A DNA stretch of 64,000 nt from Capsulimonadaceae bacterium. Its GTDB lineage: Bacteria > Armatimonadota > Armatimonadia > Armatimonadales > Capsulimonadaceae. The notes beneath the pieces were generated by a model. The model saw only the letters and a program-made list of their open reading frames with translations. It searched no databases and was not told the DNA's origin. The position numbers and the translations under genes are program-made. Positions 55,307 to 64,000 of the stretch are shown here, piece by piece (within the stretch, counting starts at the first letter, position 1; each line of letters starts with the position of its first letter). The DNA lies in NCBI GenBank assembly GCA_965215505.1, contig OZ244065.1, positions 5,344,001 through 5,408,000 on the forward strand, written 5' to 3'.

Positions 55307-56116
55307 TCATTTGGGCGCGTCCAGGCGCTTGACGCCCTCCATCGCGGCCAGGGCGATGATGCGCGGCTTGATGAGGGATGCCCACACTTTGTAGCCGTCG
55401 GCGTTGAAATGCAGCCCGTCCGCCCGCAGCAGTTTGGGCTGCGGCTGGTCGTCGGCGGTCAGGAGCTGCGCGTGCGGGTTAATGAAGTTCAGCTTCTCGG
55501 CTTTAGAGGTGGTCTCGACGCTGAACTTCTCGATGAGGTAGTTTGTTTCCAGGTTCCGGGGTTCCTGTTTCCAGCGTGCGACCGTGGGGTTGATCGCGAG
55601 GTAGACGAGGCGCGTGTCCGGCAGCGCGGCGTGGATCTTAGCCACGAAGTCTTTGTAATCCTGGAGGACCTGCTGCGGGTTCTTGTTGCCGTAGGCCAGA
55701 TCGTTGGTGCCCGCGCAGAGGACGATGATCTTCGGCTTGTAGGGGAAGGCAATGCGGGCGACATATTGCGTGCTGTCCTGAATGAGCGAGCCGCCGAAGC
55801 CACGGTTGATCACCGGGATCTCCGGGAAGTCCTGCGCCAGAGTGGACCAGAGTTTGATGCTCGAACTGCCCATGAACAGCACCGCCCCGGCGGGCGGCAT
55901 CTGCTTCCGGTCCGCTTCCCAAAACTCGTTGATCTCCCGAGCCGCGTTCCCATTCGCAGGCACGGGGGCGGATGGCAGGGCATACGTCGTTTGCGCCGCC
56001 GACTGCGCCAAAACCGGGGGGCTGGCGGGGCCGAGCGTTAATCCGCCGACCAGCAGGGCGTTCGCCGCCAGGGCGAGGGTAAGCAGCGGATGAGAGGTTG
56101 TGTTGAGTTTTTTCAT
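55307..56116 (-). CDS. Exported SGNH/GDSL esterase
   Basis: GSSSI, NRGFGGS, GTND, DGLH. Confidence 0.9.
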   Translation of the reverse strand: MKKLNTTSHPLLTLALAANALLVGGLTLGPASPPVLAQSAAQTTYALPSAPVPANGNAAREINEFWEADRKQMPPAGAVLFMGSSSIKLWSTLAQDFPEIPVINRGFGGSLIQDSTQYVARIAFPYKPKIIVLCAGTNDLAYGNKNPQQVLQDYKDFVAKIHAALPDTRLVYLAINPTVARWKQEPRNLETNYLIEKFSVETTSKAEKLNFINPHAQLLTADDQPQPKLLRADGLHFNADGYKVWASLIKPRIIALAAMEGVKRLDAPK

Positions 56117-56149
56117 GGGTTTCCATCAGACCTTTTGAGACCCCGGATT

Positions 56150-56962
56150 TCAATCCGGGGAGCGAGGCTTGCCTTTGTCGACACGTCTGTCGCCCGCGCC
56201 CAGCCGGACGACGGCGGCGGCAGCGTCCTTGCCGACGAGGGCGTAGCCGGCGTCCGTCAGATGCGTGAAGTCGCGGCTGTTGAAATAGGCCGGGTTGTAT
56301 TCCGCCCCCGGCGCCCCCAGCCGGGGGTCGGCCTGCACGTCCACGATCCCGTCGGCGAATGCGCGCCAGTTCCGGCGGATGAGGGCGGCGTACTGCACCA
56401 TCTGGGCGTCAAAGTCGGCGGGGTAAACGCGGGGGTAGGCGGCGACCGGCGGCGTGACGACGAGGATGCGCCACGGGTGCGCGGCCTTCCGCGCCCGGCA
56501 GTAGGCCGTCAGTCTGCCGAAGGCCGTTCCGGCGCTCTCACGCGCGCCGCCCAGATCGTTGGTGCCGCCGAAGATGATCAGCACGTTCTCGGCCAGGTGC
56601 GGGTCGAACAAGGGGTCAATCTTTGTCGGGGCCTCGCCGGTCAGCGGCCCGAAGTTCCAGCCGCCTGTCCCCAGACTCCTGACGCGCCAGGCCGGGCCGA
56701 GCGTCCGAGCGAGTACGGCAGGGTAGGTCGTGTCCGTCGCCGTTCCGTGATTTGGGGAGACGTCGGCACTCGGGAGAGGACTAGACGCCTGCTCCCGGAG
56801 TACGCCCGGCGTTCCCAAGCCCGAGGAGGCGTTGGCACCCCAGGTCAGGCTGTCGCCGTGGCAGACGACTTGCCCTTTGACCGGCGGCGTTTGTGCCTGG
56901 GCTGCTCCGAGCGCCCCGACGAAAAGTGACAATGCTGTGATTAGGAGCCGTTTCATGGTCAT
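56150..56962 (-). CDS. Exported SGNH/GDSL hydrolase
   Basis: GDSLT, GTND, DFTH; signal peptide. Confidence 0.85.
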   Translation of the reverse strand: MTMKRLLITALSLFVGALGAAQAQTPPVKGQVVCHGDSLTWGANASSGLGTPGVLREQASSPLPSADVSPNHGTATDTTYPAVLARTLGPAWRVRSLGTGGWNFGPLTGEAPTKIDPLFDPHLAENVLIIFGGTNDLGGARESAGTAFGRLTAYCRARKAAHPWRILVVTPPVAAYPRVYPADFDAQMVQYAALIRRNWRAFADGIVDVQADPRLGAPGAEYNPAYFNSRDFTHLTDAGYALVGKDAAAAVVRLGAGDRRVDKGKPRSPD

Positions 56963-57138
56963 AGTGTGATCCTGCGTCGTGTTTCTTGCAAACCGACAGA
57001 GGGCATTATAGCAAGCATCGCGGGAAAGCGCAAGGGACGGCCAACAGATTTTCCGGCGCGGCACGGGGAATGTGGGTATAAGGCTCACAGGCAATAGAAC
57101 GGAAGACTGCCGGGGCGGGCAGAGAAACGGCGCGGTTC

Positions 57139-57987
57139 ATGCAGGAGTATCAGTTCGGCGTCAGCGAGTTCACGACGATGCCATGGACGTTCGAGCAGGA
57201 TGTGGAGGCTTACGCCCGGCTCGGCGTCCAGGCCATCGAGGTCTGCGAGGCCAAATTAGACGAGTCGCGGTGGCAGGAGCAGATCGCGCAGCCCGCCGCG
57301 CGGGGGCTGGCGGTCACGTCCATTCAGCCCGCCGTTCGCACCCTGTTCCCGAGCAAGGGCCAGCCCGCCCCCCTGGACATCGGGGAGCGACTGGCGCGGT
57401 TCCGCCAGACGGTCACGCGGCTGGCCCCGTCCGTGCCGCAGGCCGTTTTCGTCACCAATACCGGCATCCCGCCGGGTGGGAACATACAGCAGGTGTGGGA
57501 TACGGCCATCCCCGCCTACCGCGCCTTGGCCGCCTTCGCCGCCGACCACGGGGCGCGGGTCGCGCTGGAGCCGCTGAACGCCTCCATCGTCAACATCGAG
57601 ACGGCGGTCTGGACTCTCGACCAGGCCATGCAGATCGTCAAGTCAGTGGACCATGACAGCTTCGGCATCTGCCTGGACTGCTGGAACGTCTGGCAGAACG
57701 CGGGCATCCTGGACGGCATCCGGGCGGCGGGCGACCGCATCTTCGTCGTCCAGATCAGCGACTGGCGAACGCCGCGCTCGTTTGAAGACCGTCTGATCCC
57801 AGGCCAGGGAGAGATCCCGCTGCCCGCCTTCCTGCGCGCCGTCCGAGAATCCGGGTTTACCGGGGCCTACTCGGTGGAAATCTTCTCGCAAGGGGTCCCC
57901 GACGCGCTCTGGGAGGCCGATTTGGAGCAGGTCCTCCGGGACAGCCGGACCGGCCTGGACGCGGCCTGGCACAGATCGTTCGCATGA
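57139..57987 (+). CDS. Sugar phosphate isomerase/epimerase
   Basis: ALEPLN, DCWN, VQISD, SVEIFS. Confidence 0.85.
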   Translation: MQEYQFGVSEFTTMPWTFEQDVEAYARLGVQAIEVCEAKLDESRWQEQIAQPAARGLAVTSIQPAVRTLFPSKGQPAPLDIGERLARFRQTVTRLAPSVPQAVFVTNTGIPPGGNIQQVWDTAIPAYRALAAFAADHGARVALEPLNASIVNIETAVWTLDQAMQIVKSVDHDSFGICLDCWNVWQNAGILDGIRAAGDRIFVVQISDWRTPRSFEDRLIPGQGEIPLPAFLRAVRESGFTGAYSVEIFSQGVPDALWEADLEQVLRDSRTGLDAAWHRSFA

Positions 57988-58021
57988 CCTTTACACCCCC
58001 TTCGACTCACAAGGAGCTTTC

Positions 58022-58789
58022 ATGAAACTCGACAACAAAGTGGCCATCATCACCGGCGCGGCGACCGGCATCGGGCAGGCCATCGCCATCACCATGGCCC
58101 GCGAGGGCGCGTCCGTCGTCGTGGACTACGTCGGCAAGCCCGGCACGGCCGATGACACCGTCCACCAGATCGAGAGTGCCGGCGGCAAGGTGCTGGCGGT
58201 GCTGGCCGACGTGTCTCAGCCCGACCAGGTGGCGAACCTCATCGGGTCGGCCGTCAGCACCTTCGGCAAGCTGGACATTTTCGTCAACAACGCCGGCATC
58301 GAGTACAAGCACCCCATCACCGAGTTCCCCCTGGACCAGTGGAACAAGATCATCGCCGTCAACCTTACTGGCCCCTTCCTCTGCATGCAGGCCGCCGCCA
58401 AGCAGATGATGACGCAGGGCGGAGCGGGACGGATCATCAACATCTCCAGCATCCATCAGGACCTGCCGATGCCGACGAACGCCCCCTACTGCGCCTCCAA
58501 GGGCGGCCTGCGGATGCTGATGCGGACGGTCGCCGTCGAACTCGGCCCGCACGGCATCACGGTCAACAACATCGGGCCGGGCGCGGTCTACACGCCGATC
58601 GACGCCGATGTCCAGGCGAACCCGGAGATGGAGAAGGCTCTGATGGCCGAAATCCCCCTGGGCCGCTGGGGGCAGCCGGTCGAGATCGCGAACCTCGCCG
58701 TGTTCCTGGCCTCGGACGACGCCGCCTATATCACGGGCAGTACCTACTACATAGACGGCGGCATGCTGCGGCAGTCGGGTAGCCTGTAG
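58022..58789 (+). CDS. Glucose 1-dehydrogenase-like SDR
   Basis: TGAATGIG, NNAGIE, YCASKGG, NNIGPGAVYTPI. Confidence 0.9.
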   Translation: MKLDNKVAIITGAATGIGQAIAITMAREGASVVVDYVGKPGTADDTVHQIESAGGKVLAVLADVSQPDQVANLIGSAVSTFGKLDIFVNNAGIEYKHPITEFPLDQWNKIIAVNLTGPFLCMQAAAKQMMTQGGAGRIINISSIHQDLPMPTNAPYCASKGGLRMLMRTVAVELGPHGITVNNIGPGAVYTPIDADVQANPEMEKALMAEIPLGRWGQPVEIANLAVFLASDDAAYITGSTYYIDGGMLRQSGSL

Positions 58790-58817
58790 GGGCAAGCATC
58801 AGAAAGGCAGCGTCGCC

Positions 58818-61262
58818 ATGAACATCACCCGCGAGGTCGGCCCCAGCCAGCGGGGCGGGACCTACGAAGTCCCGGATACCGAGCTTGCCATCGGCAGCAC
58901 ATTAGGCGGGCCGAAGGCCGTCTGCATCATCAAGGCAACCGGGGCCATCCAGACCGTCTACTCCATAGACATCGGCCAGTCCCTCTTCGGGACCGTCCTG
59001 CTGCGCCACTATGACGGCGACACGGGCATGCACCTCGCCCAAGACCAGGCCGGGAAGTTCGTCATCCACCCCGAACACCAGGAACACTTCTTCCGGCTCC
59101 CGCGCGGCATCAGCATCCACGAGACCGTCTTCGTCCTGAACGGCCAACCCAAAGACGACGGCAGCGTGGACTCGCCCGCCGTGTTCCTGGCCGTCGAGAT
59201 GCTGAACGAGGGAGCAGAGGCGGCACGGATCGTCACCCTCGCCTGCGCCGACCTGCGCGGCGGCACGGGGCATGATGTGTTCGCCGAATATGACGGCACC
59301 CTGAACGCGCTGGTCGCATGGAACGCCTCCTCACCCGATTGGGTGCGGGTCGTCGGCTGCTCGGACGCGCCGGATAGCTACGAGACGACGCTCGACTACG
59401 GCAAGGTGGTTTCCAATTCCGACCCTGGCGCGCTGTCCGACAAGACCGACGCGCCGACCGACCCGCTGGGCCTCTTCCGGCACACGCGCGAGATCGGGCC
59501 GGGCCTGACCGCCCGCTTCTACTACCGACTGTCGTTCGGGGTAGGGCGGGATGAGGCCCTCGCGAACTACCGCGCCTGTCCGGACGCCGACGAATCGCTG
59601 GCTCTGACGAAGGCACACTATGACGAAGCCTTGTGCCGGTCCGTCCTGCTGACGCCGAACCCGCAGGTCAACCGGGGCGTCCTGTGGGCCAAGGCCAACA
59701 TGATGCGGACGCTGGCAAAAGCGCAGAAGGGCTGGGCCTTCGTCAACGACCCCACCCGCAGCAACAACAGCGTCGGGCGGGACACGGCCTGGTTCGCCTT
59801 CGGCGGCGACTACCTCAACCCCGCCTTCGTCCGCGAGTCGCTGCTGGCCTATGTCCACAACCAGGAGGACAGCGGCAAGGTCGTTGAGTATTACGACATC
59901 CGCACCGGCAAGACCGCCGACTACGACCTGAACGTCAACGACAACACGCCGCTGCTGGTCCTGGCCTTGTGGCACCACTACAACACGACTGGCGATGAAG
60001 GTTTCCTGAAGGAGATCTACCCCGCCGCCGCCAAGGCCGTGCGCTACCTGCTTTCCCAGCGCAATGACAAGGGCCTGGTCTGGTGTACGGCGACCGGGAC
60101 GTCCGACTGGGGCATCATCGGGTGGCGCAACGTCATCACGAACTACCGCATTTCGGGCGCGAGTACCGAGGTCAACTCGGAGTGCCATGCCGCCCTGCTG
60201 ACCGCCTCGCACATGGCGCGCGTCCTGGACAAACACGACGAGAGCGCGGAGTTCGCCGGAGAAGCCGAGGCGCTGAAAACCGCTATCAACACGCACTTGA
60301 AGAACCCCGGCAACGGTCTGTACTACTTGAACATTGACGTAGATGGGTTCCCGCGCTCCAACGTCACCTCCGACCTCGTGTTCCCGGTCATGTTCGGCGT
60401 CGCCGACGAGCAGACGTCCGCCCAGATCATCGGCCGGCTGTCCGACGCCGACTTCTGGACCGAGGCCGGCATCCGCACCACCCCGCGCGATGCCGCCGAT
60501 TACGACCCCGATGGCAGCAACAACGGACCCTACGGGCTTTTGGGCGGCGTCTGGCTCGGCTGCTCCTTCTGGTTCGCCTTCGCCGCCGCCCGCTACAACC
60601 CCGAGTTCATGGACCGGGCTTTGTCCGACTCGTTCCAGAACTTCTCCACCGACCCGCGCCGCAACAACACCGTGCCCGGCCAGTTCTCCGAATGGCTTCA
60701 CGGCGAAACCCTGACCAACTCGGGCATGATGCTCTCCCCCTGGGACCCCCCGCGCTACCTGTGGGCCGCCGTCGAGGGCGTCGGCGGCGTGGACCCCTCC
60801 GGCAACGGCGTGACGCTCAAGCCGCGGCTCTCCAACGACTGGAAGTGGCTGGGCCTCCAAAACCTGCCTTACCGGGGCAAGCGTCTGACCTACTTCGCCG
60901 TCCGCACGCCCAATCTGACGCTCTACGCCAACTTCCACCCGCAGCAGCTAGAGCCGTGTCAGGCTTATGACGACGATATCAGCGACCAGGTCAAAGCCGG
61001 CCTCGACTCGGTCGTCTCCCTGGGCCTGCGCTCCGGCGACCGCCTGGCCCTGTTCGCCGGCAATACGAGCGAGCAGACCGTCAACACCTCCCTGCGCGTC
61101 GGCGTCCCCCTGTCCGGCGCGTACCGGGCGCGCGTCTACGAGAGCCTGCTGGGCGAGTGGGCCGACCACGGCCTGATCCCCGCCGACCAGCTCACGCGCG
61201 GCCATATTTTGAAGATCGAGCGCAAAGGCTTCACCGTGCTGGAACTGACGCAGGAGGTGTAG
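58818..61262 (+). CDS. Six-hairpin glycosidase/phosphorylase-like protein
   Basis: VGRDTAW, DNTPL, STEVN, GGVW, GQFSEW pattern of (alpha/alpha)6 barrels. Confidence 0.75.
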   Translation: MNITREVGPSQRGGTYEVPDTELAIGSTLGGPKAVCIIKATGAIQTVYSIDIGQSLFGTVLLRHYDGDTGMHLAQDQAGKFVIHPEHQEHFFRLPRGISIHETVFVLNGQPKDDGSVDSPAVFLAVEMLNEGAEAARIVTLACADLRGGTGHDVFAEYDGTLNALVAWNASSPDWVRVVGCSDAPDSYETTLDYGKVVSNSDPGALSDKTDAPTDPLGLFRHTREIGPGLTARFYYRLSFGVGRDEALANYRACPDADESLALTKAHYDEALCRSVLLTPNPQVNRGVLWAKANMMRTLAKAQKGWAFVNDPTRSNNSVGRDTAWFAFGGDYLNPAFVRESLLAYVHNQEDSGKVVEYYDIRTGKTADYDLNVNDNTPLLVLALWHHYNTTGDEGFLKEIYPAAAKAVRYLLSQRNDKGLVWCTATGTSDWGIIGWRNVITNYRISGASTEVNSECHAALLTASHMARVLDKHDESAEFAGEAEALKTAINTHLKNPGNGLYYLNIDVDGFPRSNVTSDLVFPVMFGVADEQTSAQIIGRLSDADFWTEAGIRTTPRDAADYDPDGSNNGPYGLLGGVWLGCSFWFAFAAARYNPEFMDRALSDSFQNFSTDPRRNNTVPGQFSEWLHGETLTNSGMMLSPWDPPRYLWAAVEGVGGVDPSGNGVTLKPRLSNDWKWLGLQNLPYRGKRLTYFAVRTPNLTLYANFHPQQLEPCQAYDDDISDQVKAGLDSVVSLGLRSGDRLALFAGNTSEQTVNTSLRVGVPLSGAYRARVYESLLGEWADHGLIPADQLTRGHILKIERKGFTVLELTQEV

Positions 61263-61341
61263 GGGCGCGGCAAGATAAGGAGGGCGCGGCAAGCAGCGCC
61301 CCTACATCCTGCCCCGTAGGGGCGAACCTTGTGTTCGCCCT
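61259..61341. repeat. Cluster of GTAG-type REP palindromes
   Basis: GTAGGGGCGC (61259)...GCGCCCCTAC (ends 61305) and GTAGGGGCGAAC...GTTCGCCCT (61316-61341). Confidence 0.75.
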
Positions 61342-61406
61342 TCTTTCTCCGTGTTCGCCCTCTCCCTCATGTCTGCCCCTCTGCCCTCGTTCATCCAGCT
61401 TTCCAT

Positions 61407-61442
61407 GCCATGCCGGCAGGAATAGCCATGCCGGCAGGAATA
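61407..61442. repeat. Perfect 18-bp tandem duplication
   Basis: GCCATGCCGGCAGGAATA twice. Confidence 0.9.
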
Positions 61443-61510
61443 GTCCCGTTGCGCGTGTAACTACCACCCATCTTTCTCCCGTACTGGAAGTCAATGAGGA
61501 TCACCCAATC

Positions 61511-63643
61511 TTGAAAAACCCAGCCCTCCTCGGCGCGCTCCTGGCCGCCGCCGTTTGCACGACCACAGGCCCCGGCGCGCGCGCGGAAACCCCGGTCAAG
61601 GCACCCGCCTCGCACGCCCCCTACGCCGCCCCGGTCGCCCCGATGGAGGCGCGCATCAGCGCCCTTCTCGGGAAGATGACGCAGGACGAGAAACTCAGCC
61701 TGCTGGCCTTCACCGGCCCCGCCGACGCGATGCACCTCAACACGCCGCCGGTGACGCGGCTGGGCATCCCCGCGCTGCGGACCTGTGACGCGCCCGAGGG
61801 CGTGCGCGAGGGGGTTTCCACGAGCTTCCCGATGGGGATCGTCATGGCCTCGACCTGGAACCCCGCCCTGATCGGGCAGGTCGGCGAAGCCATTGGGCAG
61901 GAGGCGAAGGCGAAGAACCGGCAGGTGATCTACGGGCCGTGCGTCAACATCCACCGGACGCCGCAGAGTGGGCGTGACTACGAGAACTACAGCGAGGACC
62001 CGTTCCTGACCGCGCGCCTGGCCGTCGGCTACATCGAGGGGATGCAGAGCCAGGGGGTGGCGGCCTGCGTCAAGCACTTCGCCTGCAACAACCAGGAGAC
62101 GCACCGGCACGACATTGACGTCTTGGTGGACGAGCGCGCCCTGCACGAGATCTACCTACCCGCGTTTGAAGCCTCCATCAACGAGGCGCACGTCTGGACC
62201 CTGATGCCCGCCTTCAACCACGTCAACGGACTGTGGATGGCCGAGAACAAGCCGCTGCTGACGGACCTGGTGAAGAACAAATGGGACTGGGACGGCCTGG
62301 TCATCTCGGACTGGGGCGCGGTCCACGAGACGACCCCCGCCGCGAACGCCGGGACCGACATCGAGATGCCCAAGCCGGAGCTTTTCACGCCCGAGGCGCT
62401 GGCCTACTCTTTGAAGAAAGGGGAGATCACGCAGGCCATCATTGACGACAAGGTACGCCGCATCCTGCGGACACTGGCCCGGACCGGCGCGCTGGACCCG
62501 TCGAAGCCCGTGGACGCCAAAGTGGTTGATAGCCCGTGGCACCGACTACTAGCCAAGAAGGTCGCCCAGCAAGGCATCACGCTGCTGAAGAACGAGGGCG
62601 GCCTGCTGCCGCTGGACCGGACCAAGGTCAAATCCATCGCCGTCATCGGCCCGAACGGGGCCGACACGCAGCTCGGGGGCCGGTGGAGCGCCGACGTGGT
62701 GCCGTCCTATACCGTCACCGTGCTGGACGGCATCAAGAAGGAACTGCCCGCCGGGGCCGCCGTCACCTCCGCCCAGGGCTGCCCGCGCACCAGCCCCGGC
62801 TCGGCTGACGCCCTGCGCGACGCGGTCGCGCTGGCCGCAAAGTCCGACGTCGCCGTCGTCGTGGTCGGCATGGACAAGGATTACGAGGGGGAGGAGCTGG
62901 ACCCGCCGAGCCTGTACCTGCCGGGCGACCAGGATAAGCTGATCCAGGCGGTCAGCGCCGTCAACAAGAACACCATCGTTGTCTTGAACAACGGCAGCCC
63001 GATCCTGATGGACAAATGGATCGGGAAGGTGCCCGGCCTGGTCGAGGCGTGGTATGCGGGCCAGGAAACCGGGACGGCGGTGGCGGAGATCCTGTTCGGC
63101 GACGTCAACCCGTCCGGCAAGCTGCCGGACACCCTGGCCTCGCGGCGCGAGGACTATTCGGACTGGGGCAACTACCCCGGAAACGGCACCACCGTGAACT
63201 ACGCCGAGGGCCTCTACGTCGGCTACCGGCACTTCGACCGGGACAAGATCGCCCCCCTGTTCCCATTCGGCTTCGGCCTGTCCTACACCACCTTCGGCTA
63301 CAGCGGCCTGGCCGTACCGAAGACCGTGGCACACGGGCGGACGGCGACGGTGCGCGTGACGGTGCAGAACACTGGCAAGCGCGCGGGCGACGAAGTCGCG
63401 CAGCTCTACATCCGCCCCCTCGCCTCCGCCGTCGCCCGGCCCGTCCGGGAGCTGAAAGGCTTCGCCCGCGTCACGCTCCAGCCCGGCGAAAAGGCCGTCC
63501 TCTCGTTCCCGCTGGACACCCGCGCATTCTCTTACTGGGATACGACCGCGCACGCCTGGCGTGCGGACCCCGGCACTTACGCGGTCGAGGTCGGTTCCTC
63601 ATCCCGCGACCTGCGGGCACAGGGGGTCGTGAAACTACAGTAG
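61511..63643 (+). CDS. Exported GH3 beta-glucosidase/xylosidase with Fn3-like domain
   Basis: GRDYENYSEDP, CVKHF, ISDWG, VGYRHFD, LFPFGFGLSYT. Confidence 0.92.
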   Translation: MKNPALLGALLAAAVCTTTGPGARAETPVKAPASHAPYAAPVAPMEARISALLGKMTQDEKLSLLAFTGPADAMHLNTPPVTRLGIPALRTCDAPEGVREGVSTSFPMGIVMASTWNPALIGQVGEAIGQEAKAKNRQVIYGPCVNIHRTPQSGRDYENYSEDPFLTARLAVGYIEGMQSQGVAACVKHFACNNQETHRHDIDVLVDERALHEIYLPAFEASINEAHVWTLMPAFNHVNGLWMAENKPLLTDLVKNKWDWDGLVISDWGAVHETTPAANAGTDIEMPKPELFTPEALAYSLKKGEITQAIIDDKVRRILRTLARTGALDPSKPVDAKVVDSPWHRLLAKKVAQQGITLLKNEGGLLPLDRTKVKSIAVIGPNGADTQLGGRWSADVVPSYTVTVLDGIKKELPAGAAVTSAQGCPRTSPGSADALRDAVALAAKSDVAVVVVGMDKDYEGEELDPPSLYLPGDQDKLIQAVSAVNKNTIVVLNNGSPILMDKWIGKVPGLVEAWYAGQETGTAVAEILFGDVNPSGKLPDTLASRREDYSDWGNYPGNGTTVNYAEGLYVGYRHFDRDKIAPLFPFGFGLSYTTFGYSGLAVPKTVAHGRTATVRVTVQNTGKRAGDEVAQLYIRPLASAVARPVRELKGFARVTLQPGEKAVLSFPLDTRAFSYWDTTAHAWRADPGTYAVEVGSSSRDLRAQGVVKLQ

Positions 63644-63654
63644 CGCCGGATGCT

Positions 63655-63690
63655 GAGGTTTCAGCGCGTGAGGAGGTTTCAGCGCGCGAG
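63655..63690. repeat. 18-bp tandem duplication (one mismatch) over the stop of the last gene
   Basis: GAGGTTTCAGCGCGTGAG / GAGGTTTCAGCGCGCGAG. Confidence 0.8.
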
Positions 63691-64000
63691 GCGGAGGATG
63701 GTATACGAGTTCGCCGGGAAGGCGTAAGCGAACTTCGTGCCCGCCGTCCTGATCACTGCCTCGCGCGTGCGGGTCGTCTCCAGGCCGTCGGGCGGGTTGA
63801 CGGCCTGCGGGTCCCCTGCTAAAGTCCACGCCTGCGCCGACGCCCGGCACCCCGCAAACCCTGCCAGGGAGAGGACCGTCCGGCGAGGCGCGGCACCGGG
63901 ATTGACGACACTGAGGGTTAGTGTCTTCCCGTCCCGGCTGCGTGTCGCGGTCACGTCCAGATCGCCCCCGCCCTCAACGCTGCTCTGCACAAGCAGGGGC
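63679..64000 (-). CDS. C-terminus of an alpha-L-arabinofuranosidase (GH51-like), truncated by the window edge
   Basis: LDVTATRSRDGKTLTLSVVN...FPANSYTILRL. Confidence 0.75.
   Translation of the reverse strand, partial: PLLVQSSVEGGGDLDVTATRSRDGKTLTLSVVNPGAAPRRTVLSLAGFAGCRASAQAWTLAGDPQAVNPPDGLETTRTREAVIRTAGTKFAYAFPANSYTILRLAR

Noticed and set aside
59331-60938. 535-aa minus-strand ORF
   Set aside because: Antisense shadow of the six-hairpin glycosidase
61157-61510. N-terminal extension of the GH3 ORF
   Set aside because: Translates REP and tandem-repeat DNA; the signal peptide begins at TTG 61511
1-64000. tRNA, rRNA, CRISPR array, transposase, integrase or prophage
   Set aside because: None recognised by eye; tRNAscan-SE, Infernal and ISEScan would be needed to exclude them formally

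Overview
High-GC bacterial chromosomal segment. Gene content (PEP-CTERM proteins, DUF1559 prepilin-like proteins, a T-box, flagellar export genes, cyclase-STAND-TPR) suggests Armatimonadota (Capsulimonas-like); this is inference, not a database result. The window encodes a MshEN-type PilB ATPase with a degenerate ComEC-like MBL protein, a System I* cytochrome c maturation operon (ccmABCDEF) with panD and queD, fliQ-fliR-flhB, housekeeping and sugar-catabolic genes, three toxin-antitoxin-like pairs, and a type IV pilin cluster with a DUF2723 glycosyltransferase. No rRNA, tRNA, CRISPR array or transposase was seen. Best leads: (1) a complete T-box with an AUG (Met) specifier controlling a ThrC-like / chlorite-dismutase-family / MoaD-like (GG+N) / NIL operon, probably sulfur-carrier-dependent homocysteine synthesis, with a REP inserted in the riboswitch; (2) twin promoters, each with four 11-bp-periodic TTAA boxes (Pho-box-like), upstream of an orphan PstS-like / PEP-CTERM / DUF1559 module; (3) sigma28-like motifs in front of all four pilus-related transcription units; (4) a probable ~105-nt sRNA behind a consensus sigma70 promoter; (5) a Tse2-like ADP-ribosyltransferase plus TPR gene pair. 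All family assignments come from motif recognition by eye.
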